Of a stretch of 64,000 nt of DNA, positions 54,868 through 64,000 are shown piece after piece. Each line of letters begins with the position of its first letter. Position 1 is the stretch's first letter. Location of the stretch: positions 292,206,001-292,270,000 of the forward strand of contig OZ024741.1 in the NCBI GenBank assembly GCA_964016885.1, read 5' to 3'. The position numbers and the translations under genes are program-made. A model generated the notes under the pieces. The model did not search any database, had not been told where the DNA came from, and saw only the letters and a program-made list of their open reading frames with translations. The stretch comes from Eledone cirrhosa (lineage: Eukaryota).

Positions 54868-55460
54868 CCAATTGAGCTGGGCTTAACATCCTTTTGTTCA
54901 TATCTCCCCATGTAGTGACCACTTTATTCTGATTTAATATCTTGAATGTTTTACTACATTAAAACACTGATCAGTTGATCCAGGCTTAACTTCCTTGGGT
55001 TCATATCTCACCATGTAAATGAACACTTGATCCTGGCTCAATATACTTGAGTTCATGTCTCATCATGTAAGTAAGCATTTGATCTTGGCTCAGTATTCCT
55101 GAATTCTCACCTTATGTCACTGACCAGTTGCTCTTGGCTCAGTATTCCTGAGTTCTCACCTCACCATGTGACTGAACAGTTTATCTTGGCTCAGTATTCC
55201 TGAACTTTCACCTCACCATGTCACTGACCAGTTTATTTTGGCTCAGTATTCCTGAATTCTCACCTTACCATGTCACTGGCCATTTGATCTTGGCTTAGTA
55301 TTCCTGAATTCTCACTTCACCATGTCACTGACCATTTGGTCATAGGTTGGTATTCCTGAATTCTCACCTCACCATGTCACTGACCAGTTTATCTTGGCTC
55401 AGTATTCCTTAGTTTTCACCTGACTCTCTCTGACCAGTTGATCCAGGCTCAACTCCCTTG
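54868..55460. repeat. ~52-bp minisatellite, ~11 diverged copies
   Basis: CTTGGCTCAGTATTCCTGAATTCTCACCTCACCATGTCACTGACCAGTTTAT. Confidence 0.9.
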
Positions 55461-55682
55461 TGTTTGCAACAAACCAAGATTCACTCTCTCTCTATATCAC
55501 TATTTGAAGCACACCTTCCCACCTCACCAAGCCCCATGACCAATGTTTGCAATTCCAAATAATATCAAGCCCTTCCTGTGCAGCAGAACAATCTCTACTT
55601 CTTGGATTCTAAATTAGGTTACCTGGAAAAATCCAATAGTTGGTCACATGTAAGCACATGCACACACATACGTGCGCGCGCG

Positions 55683-55716
<34 letters not shown>

Positions 55717-56117
55717 GACAATTTCACCAAGAACTGATTACTTTTATCAGTTTATAAATGCTGAGATAGTGCTGAGATAATAAAACAAAGGAATCTTTTC
55801 TGAGATTCTAAATCTGCTTGAAAAAGTTCTGAGGCATCGCATGTATTTTTTTCCCTATTCTTCCTTCTGGCTCTCTTTTTCATTGTCTTTTGTTGAGAAA
55901 TGGTTTGGTGTGTGCAAGTGTGGCGATGGAGAATGACAGAAATCTATTTCAGTGTGGCTGTTTGTTGTATCTATGTGTATATTAGTGTGTATGTGTTTCA
56001 GTGTTTGAAAAGACTGTGTGTGTAAATATATATGCAGAGATTGTATATATATAACATCCTCCTTCTCCTCATCACTGTTTAATGTCCATGTTTGCACACT
56101 TGCACAGGATATATATA

Positions 56118-56524
56118 CGAAGGTAATCCTAAAAGTAATATCTCCAAAGCGATGGGGACGCAGAGAAACTGTTCGTACGGCTGTTGGCAACACTGTTGTG
56201 ATTGGTGCTTCCTTCACTCCCAAACAAGCATGCGCGCGTTTCGCTGGGATGCTCAATCTTCGCTTGGCAGCCGTTGAGAAGTGAGCTCCTGTTGAACACT
56301 ACCGCCAAGTGCGAATTTCGCGCAGTTATTATATAGAGGGCAATCCCAAAAGTAAGGTCTCCTTCCAAGGAAAACATGCGTAAAGATCGAGGTATCACTC
56401 TGGAGGCTCTCTACATTTTGGTTCCTGAGTTTTCCCGAAGCACCATCCACAGGATTTTAACGGAAAAGTTACAATGTTGGAAGTTGCAATATCGGAAGGA
56501 GACCTTACTTTTGGGATTGCCCTC

Positions 56525-56525
<1 letters not shown>
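56118..56525 (+). mobile_element. Mariner-derived MITE / deleted mariner in (TA)n
   Basis: TIRs TA-CGAAGGTAATCCTAAAAGTAA / TTACTTTTGGGATTGCCCTCG-TA; transposase remnants KCEFRAVI and DRGITLEAL..SRSTIHRILTEKL; extra internal TIR at 56335. Confidence 0.85.
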
Positions 56526-56565
<40 letters not shown>

Positions 56566-56852
56566 AAAGTATGTCCATAGAATCATTTGATAAGATATAT
56601 ACACCATCTCCTCTCCCAATCAACATAATCAACCACACAAAAAAACAATTAAACCAGGCTATGAGATTAAAAGGCACCTATGAAGAAATAATTAATAAAT
56701 AAACGACAGCCATCTATTCGCGATCAACAGCTATAGAATATTTACCCAACATTTCAATAGCACGTGGAAATCGATTAAATATATCGTCAACCATACACAA
56801 TTAGGTATAAAATTAAAGTTGGAAGAAAAAATGTATATAAACATACCAGGAT

Positions 56853-56940
56853 TACGTTTCTACCCCATGGGGTTTCAGTCGCTTTTGGAAATATCCGATC
56901 AAGGATAAATTCACGAGCTTCGAAATCATCAGGAAACATA
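56853..56940 (-). ncRNA. Type I hammerhead ribozyme (GUA site)
   Basis: Minus strand: TATGTTTC-CTGATGA-long stem II region-GAAA-CCCC-AT-GGGG-TA-GAAACGTA. Confidence 0.85.
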
Positions 56941-57205
56941 CTGACTTGGACGAAGATTTTTTTTAAATGATACCCGCCAGAAACGAATTTAAAATGGCTA
57001 AGAACTGTGACGTGGCAGTGGTCAAGTCAGAAAGAATGTGATTGGTGCCTTACGGCGAGTGGGCTGGTTGCTAGAAAGCGCTAAATAAGATAACAAGGAC
57101 GATTGGTTACTCCTTCATTACGTTTATTGGTTGGTGACGCGCGGTTCGCTACTGAACATCGAGTGCTCACCCGTGTGAACCTACAGTAACTCTAAGTTAC
57201 ACTCC

Positions 57206-57274
<69 letters not shown>

Positions 57275-57378
57275 TATATATATATGTATTTCTATATTAA
57301 ATATCTATATTCTGCTATGTATTGAGTACCTTACTTACTATGGCTACCCCCAATTGAACTCAAGATACACACACACAA

Positions 57379-57412
<34 letters not shown>

Positions 57413-57622
57413 GTGTGTGTATGTATATATGTATGTAAAGTGAGTGTGGGTTTAAGGCAAGTGCGTGTGTGTAAGGAGAGAGAGAGAGAGTGTGTGTGTG
57501 TGTCTGTAGGGAGAAGGAGAGTGTGTATGTATCTCTAGTTATGATGGTACCTCTGTGGATTTCAATGATAAATATTCAGCTGTTCAGTAATTTAATGTCC
57601 AACAAGTGAATTAACAAGTATT

Positions 57623-57882
57623 ATCATCATCATCATCGTTTTATGTCCGTTCTTCCACGCTAGCATGGGTTAGACTGATTGTCCTGTTGTGGGCAGTGTC
57701 CGGTCGACTGACCTTGTCTTGCTCATACGCGAACTGATTCTGGCTTGTTTTCTACAGCTGGTTGCCCTTCCTAACACCAACCTTATTTACAGTGAGTGCT
57801 GGGGGATTTTTCCATGGCGCCTACATGTCCACTTTACAGTGTGGGCTGGGTGCTTTTTTGCCGTGGCAGCTCCACGACCACA
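57623..57882 (-). mobile_element. RTE-tailed non-autonomous element
   Basis: Reverse complement of 47880-48132. Confidence 0.8.
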
Positions 57883-58041
57883 AGTATGTGGTTAAATATT
57901 TCACAGATGTGAATAATCTTACATATTGTATCAAATTATCTTGACTCAATATGTGACATGGCTAAGCCATGGAATTATATGCAATCCCTCCTACAGGCTT
58001 CAATACAGTTTCTGTCTACCTAACTTCACTAAAAAAACATC

Positions 58042-58185
58042 TGCCTGTCTAAGACTATAGTAGAAGACACTTTCACAAGATGTCATATAGTGCCTGTCTA
58101 AGGCTATAGTAGCAGACACTTGTACCAGATGTCATATAGTGCCTGTCTAAGGCTATAGTAGCAGACACTTGCACAAGATATATAG
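58042..58185. repeat. 49-bp tandem repeat, 3 copies
   Basis: TGCCTGTCTAAGGCTATAGTAGCAGACACTT at 58042, 58091 and 58140. Confidence 0.9.
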
Positions 58186-59039
58186 TGTCTGAGCTAATGT
58201 TTGTGTGTGTGCGTATTTGTTTTATATTTCCAAAGGCTTACAAACCTTTGAAAGAATTAAACAAAGAAAATAGAAAACAATTTACACCTTCATTTATATA
58301 TTTATGTGTGCATGTTTGTGTATGTGTGCATATGTGCATGTATGCATATATAGAAACACACATATACCAGTATGTTGATTCAGTGTATATTTCCATGTAT
58401 AAAACTTGTAATTAAAATTTAACTCACACACACACACTAGTATGTTGACTATGTGTGTAGACTGCCACAAGTAAAAGTTGTAATTATATTGTAACACATG
58501 CACATGCACACCCACTAACACACACACATATATATATATATAATATATATATATATATACAACAACGACAACGACAACAACAACAGCCATCACCATCACT
58601 GACAACATCCACCACCACTACCATCACCATCACTGACACCATCCACCACCACCATCACCAGCGATCAGGCCTTAAGAAGAAGAAAACAACTATAATACTA
58701 AATAACTATTCTGTTCTTGGCACTGGGCAGCGATTGTCCCAGCACATTGCTGGTGCCTTGTTTTGGGCCCGGAGCGTGGAGGGCCATTGCTCTATGCTGT
58801 AAAGCAAACAATTATTATTATTATATAAAAACTGAACTGTAAAAGTCAACAGTTGACATGATCTTGTATCAGTACTGACGGTAATATATGTATGTGTGTG
58901 TGTTTGTATGCATGAGTGTTGGTGTGTGAGTGGCGTGTGTGTTTGTATGCATGAGTATTGGTGTATGAGTGAGTGTGTATGTGTGCCGTGAGTGTTAATA
59001 AGTGGTGTTTTTTTAAATTTTTTTTTTTTGTTATGACCA

Positions 59040-62000
59040 TGCTGTAAAATGGAAGGGTGGAGGGGGCCCGTGAGTCCAGTAAGACATCCCCTCTAGAGCT
59101 GGTGGCACGAATAAAAGCACCTAGTCCATGCTGTAAAGTGGCACTGGTGTTAGGAAGGGCATCCAACCAGTGTATCAATGCCAAAACAATTATGAGCACA
59201 GCAACAAATATCTAGGAACGACAAAAATATGAAGACGTCACATCTCGGGTGCAATACTTAATGTTGGCACTCTCACAAGTAGATCTGGTGAAATTGTGGA
59301 GATGCTGGAGAGAAGGCATTTGGGTGTGTGCTGCGTGCAAGAGGTGAGATGGAGAGGTGCCTCTGTGAGACTAGTCGCAGGCAAACATCTTAGCTATAAG
59401 CTTTTCTGGGTAGGTAAGGATGATGGGTTAGGGGAGTAGGCATTTTCCTGGCTGAGAGATGGATCAATAAGACAATAGAGGTAGTTCGAGTTAATAATCG
59501 AATAATTAAGCTTAGATTAGTTGTAGGCAGGAGACTACTGACAATCATCTCTGTCTATGCTCCCCAAGCAGGCCTAGGCAAAGAAGAGAAAGACTGCTTT
59601 TACGAGCAACTTTTACAAACAGCCGCAATGACATCGTTATGCTAACAGGGGATTTCAATGGTCATGTTGGACAGCTCCAGGATGTTTACACTGGGGTAAA
59701 TGGTAGGCACGGTTACGGCTCAAGAAATGAAGAAGGAGTGAGACTTCTTGAATTTTGTGATGCAAGTACACTGACTATTTGCAACACTAACTTCCAGAAA
59801 CCTGCCAACCACCTAATAACCTAGAAATCAGGCGAGCACATAAGCCTAATTGATTTCTTACTAGTTAGGCAGCGGGACAGGCAGATGGTGTTAAATACAA
59901 AGGCATACCCTGGGGAAGAATGTACCCGACAGCATAGGTTAGTCGTTAGTGATATCTCAGTAAGCAAGAGATGGAATGAGACATACAGAAAGGTGTAGAG
60001 AAGAAAGGTCTGGAAGCTAAAAAACCTTTCACTAAAATATAAATTTAGGAAAGCCCTTCAAGATGTGTATGACGAAAAAGAAGACGATTTAAAGTTGTAT
60101 GACAGATAATAACTGGAATTTCTTACGTGACAACTTACTGCAGGCTACTGATGAAGCTTGTGGCTGGAGCAGAGCTCCAAACAGACAGAGAGTGACCTGG
60201 TGGTGGAACAGCACGGTAGATAGGGCCATTAGAGACAAAAGACTAGCATGGAAGGCGTGGAAAAAGAGTGGGAGTAGAGAATGATATACAGCCGCTAAGA
60301 GAGAAGCTAGACCTCAGGTGTACTTAGCACGCAGGGAGGCTGGGAGTAGGAGGTTTGTAAATGTTCTGCGACGGGAAGATCAGAGGCGTGCGGTGTTCCA
60401 TACTGCAAGGCAGTGTGTCAATGCAAATCAGGATGTTGTTGGAGATAAATGTGTCCGGAATGATGCCGGTGTACTTAGTGTCACGAATGATCAGAAAAAG
60501 GAGGCCTGGAAATGTCATTATGAGAGACTGATGAATGTGGAGAACGAATGGGAGAGAGAGAATAAACCCTCAGTAGATCCGACAGAGGGACCAGCTATTG
60601 AGATTGACGAATATAGGGTCCAAGAGGCGATTAAGGAAATGAAAAATGGTAAGGCTGCTGGACCGTCGGGGATAGTTGCTGAGATGCTGAAGGCATCAGG
60701 GGACATAGGTACTAAACTGGTTGCACGCATCATCAATCAGGCTATATATGGTGGTGTCATACCAAAGACTGGTGCATCAGTATTCTCATAAATTGCTACA
60801 AAGGTAAAGGAGATGCTCTGGAGAAGAGCAATTATAGGAGTATAAAACTGATGGATCAGGTTATGAAAGTGGCAGAAAGGATATTAGCACAACTAATTAG
60901 AGAAAGGGTCAAACTAGATGAGCTGCAGTTTGGTTTTGTTCCTGGGAAAAGTACAGACAATTACAAGAGAGGTTCTTAGAGAAGAATAAGCCACTATACT
61001 TAGCCTTTGTTGACCTAGAGAAGGCCTTTGATAGGGTACCCCGATCTGTCATCTGGTCCCTAAGGAAACAAGGTGTAGAAGAATGGCTTGTGAGGACAGT
61101 GCAAACTTTGTACAGAAGTACTGTCAGTAAAGTCAGGGTAGGAATGGAGTTTAGTGAGGAATTCCAGATACAAGTAGGAGTACAAAAGGGTTCGGTCCTC
61201 AGCCCACTCTTGTTCATTATAGACCTCCAAGCCATAACAGAGGAGTTTAAGACTGGCTGCCCATGGGAAATTCTCTGTGCTGATGATCTGGTTCATATAG
61301 CAGAATCAGTAGAGGAGCTAGAAAATAAATTCTGGCTATGGAAACAGCAGTTGGAATCAAGAGGACTGAGAGTGAACCTAGCTAAGACAAAAGTGTGGAT
61401 AAGTAGAAAAGAGGACAAAACTCTGATTCCATCAGGGAAATTGCCATGTTCGATATGCAGAAAAGGAACTGGCATAAATTCTATAAAATTCACACTATGC
61501 AGATCTTGGGTACACAAGAGATGTAGTGGGATAGCAGGCAAAATAACAGATAGGGAGAAATACGTATGCAGTAGATGTACAGGGAAATTAGACAGTAGAA
61601 GTCACATTGATAGACACATTTTTCAAATGCAGACGGGTGCTATAGAAGTGGTGGTTAGCTTCCGGTACCTAGGAGATCAGTTAGTATGTGAGGGGAGTGT
61701 TCCGAGGCCATAGTATCTAGAATAAAGATGGGTTGGAAGAAGTTTAGGGAGCTGCTTCCTCTGCTGACGAAGAAGGGTTTCTCCCTGCGTACGAAATGCC
61801 AGTTATATGATGCCTGTGTGAGGAGTGCGATGCTGCATGGTAGTGAGACATGGGCAGCAACTGCAGAGGATATGTGACGGCTGGAGAGAAATGGGGCAAT
61901 CATGCTCCGTTGGATGTGCAATGTTAATGTGCATGAACGACTCAGCATGGATGTGTTGAGAGAGAAACTGTGTCTGAGAGGGATAGAATGTAGTGTGCAA

Positions 62001-62250
62001 GAGGTGGTATGGACATGCGCATGGAGGATGACCGATGGGTGAAGAAGTGCCAGGAAATGCCCGTTGAAGGAAGACGTGGTAGAGGTAGACCACGAAAAAC
62101 AGGGGCAGAGGTGGTGAGAACAGACCTCAGATCGCTGAAGTTCACGGGGAGATGACGAAGGACCGTGACAAGTGGAGAGGTCATGTGCTGAATAAGCCGC
62201 GTCCCACCCTTGCGAGCAGGGAAAAGTGGACGTAAAATGATGATGATGAT
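59040..62250 (+). mobile_element. Near full-length RTE-clade LINE, decayed
   Basis: APE motifs LNVGTL..CCVQEVRW, SVYAPQ, LTGDFNGHVG; RT motifs GKAAGPSG, AFVDLEKAFDRVP, GVQKGSVLSPLLF, CADDLV; Cys-rich PHD-like insert; (TGA)n tail; many stops and frameshifts. Confidence 0.94.
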
Positions 62251-62569
62251 ATATACATTTATTTATATAACTGCACACACTTATTATACTAGTATATTGA
62301 CAGTGTTTATTACCAAGAGTAAAAAGGTTGTAACTAAATCAGTGTAGCTCAATAGCTGGTATTATTCTTTGTGTAATTTCATTAACCATGATAGAGGTGA
62401 AATTATAAATCTATTAAAACTAGCAGGTGCTTTCATGAAATTCTTGTTGAACAGATAATTGTGTGAAAAATCTCTGTTCCATTCATTGTTTCTCAATACA
62501 ACAATTTCAAAGTTAAACATGTGTTAGTTTTCCTTTAATTATTCAGAATGTATGTAGGTGACAACGAAT

Positions 62570-62710
62570 TAGCAGAGCCTTGAAGGGCGTAGGATAGAAT
62601 GATTTGCAGTATTCATTCTGGATCTCTGAGATCAAACCACACTAAGGTCAAATTTTCCTTTCATTCTTTCGGGGCTTGATAAATGAAGTATCAGTCAAGA
62701 ACTGGTTAAT
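62570..62710 (+). mobile_element. Old OK-like SINE
   Basis: CCTTTCATTCTTTCGGGGCTTGATAAATGAAGTATCAG core. Confidence 0.6.
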
Positions 62711-62742
<32 letters not shown>

Positions 62743-63183
62743 AGAAGCAGCTAAGTGAAGAAAAGAGCATTCACATTGAAACCCCTCGATCATTCCACCA
62801 CCACGAATTGTGGAGACACAAAAAGAAAAACTGTGCATATTATGTGGTGCTTGTCATTTTAATTTCCTTATGAAGATTCTTAATTTCTCTTTTATGGTTG
62901 AAATGATTTCTCCATCATTAATCACAGCAGCTTTCTCATGTACACATTACTTGTTCTGTTCAACCTTCTCATGTACATATTCTCTGCTCTGATCAGCTTT
63001 CTTGTGAATATATTCTTGGCTGTGCTTGGGATTCTCATGTGTATATTCTCTTCTGTTATTGTTTAACAGGCATTGAGAGAAATGGGTTTTAAGGAAGTAG
63101 AGGTACAAACAGGGGTCCATAAGGCTGAGATATGAAATGTGGAATAGGACTAGATGCTATATATATAAGGCCACTTTACCTGT

Positions 63184-63674
63184 CAGGTATGGCAGCCTGC
63201 CCTCAATGAAGTCATAAATCATGGTTGGACGCTGCAGGCTTCCCTTCCCAGCTCAAGCCGGTGGGGCTTGACCGAGGGGATGGCAAAAGGCCAGATGGCA
63301 TGACCATCTTCCCGTTCCATGGTGGCAAACACTTCGTCTGGGATGCCACTTGCACCGACACTTTCTGCAGCCACAACCTGGTGCAGTCTGTGACTAACCC
63401 AGGTCCTGCTGCACGTCGAGCTGAGGAGACCAAACTCTTCAAATACCGGTTGCTCTCCAACAGGTTTACGGTTGTACCCTTTGCAGTGGAAACTTCTAGT
63501 GTCCTCAGCCCTAGGGCTACCTCCCTACCCACCACCATAGGCGCTGAGCTAGCCAGCTGCAGGTGTGGGCCCTGCAAGTTGGAGTGGCTTTTCCAGCACG
63601 TTTCCCTTGCTGTCCTCCAGGGAAACGCCTTCTCTATTCTGTCTGCCGGGGCTGTGGGGAAGCCACCAATATGA
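63184..63674 (+). mobile_element. CRE-clade non-LTR retrotransposon 3' fragment (restriction-like endonuclease)
   Basis: GDGKRPDGMTIFPF..GK..VWDATCTDTF..K..KY..FAVETSS..LFQHVSLAVLQGNA. Confidence 0.85.
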
Positions 63675-64000
63675 TTGACTGACTTGTCATTTTATCAGTC
63701 AGCCATCCACTATATATATATATATATATTAGATACATGGTTCACTAGCTCTCTCTATATATATCTGATAATAGATACGTCTCCTAGTCTGACATGACTT
63801 ACTAGTTCTAGCCACTCCTTCATTTCCTAGAAACTGGAATTTACGAAAAAGCTGTCTCCTAGCATACACTTCCACCATTTCCGTCACTGTAAATGGGTAC
63901 AAATTATGTGAATTCATCTTCTGATTAGTATGTCGAACTTACATTGTGAAATTTCCCATTCAGGTTGTTTAGAGCTGTTTTTTACTGTATAATCAGGCCT

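Noticed and set aside
59050-59072. GGTGGAGGGGG resembling a twister ribozyme 3' end at the RTE 5' end
   Set aside because: The 5' half of the twister consensus is not present

Overview
This is AT-rich eukaryotic DNA dominated by (TA)n, (CA)n, (GA)n and (AAT)n microsatellites and by transposon relics. The SINE/LINE repertoire suggests a coleoid cephalopod, probably Octopus (inference from recalled repeat families, no search run). I found no host protein-coding exon I can support. Most ORF-track entries are microsatellite translations, and the recognisable ones are decayed retrotransposon ORFs: a Penelope-like RT/GIY-YIG element, three Tx1-clade LINE copies, a near full-length RTE LINE, and R4/Dong-like and CRE-like 3' fragments. 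Also present are tRNA-derived SINEs, mariner- and piggyBac-type MITEs, a Helitron-like element, a U2 snRNA pseudogene and several minisatellites. The most striking signal is a dense set of type I hammerhead ribozyme (HHR) motifs: 14 with an intact CUGAnGA/GAAA core and base-paired stems, in about 9 sequence families, plus several decayed copies. They sit in short non-coding cassettes embedded in (TA)n tracts and arranged as long palindromes or tandem repeats, consistent with Penelope pseudo-LTRs or retrozyme-like elements. All folds were done by eye, and element boundaries are approximate.
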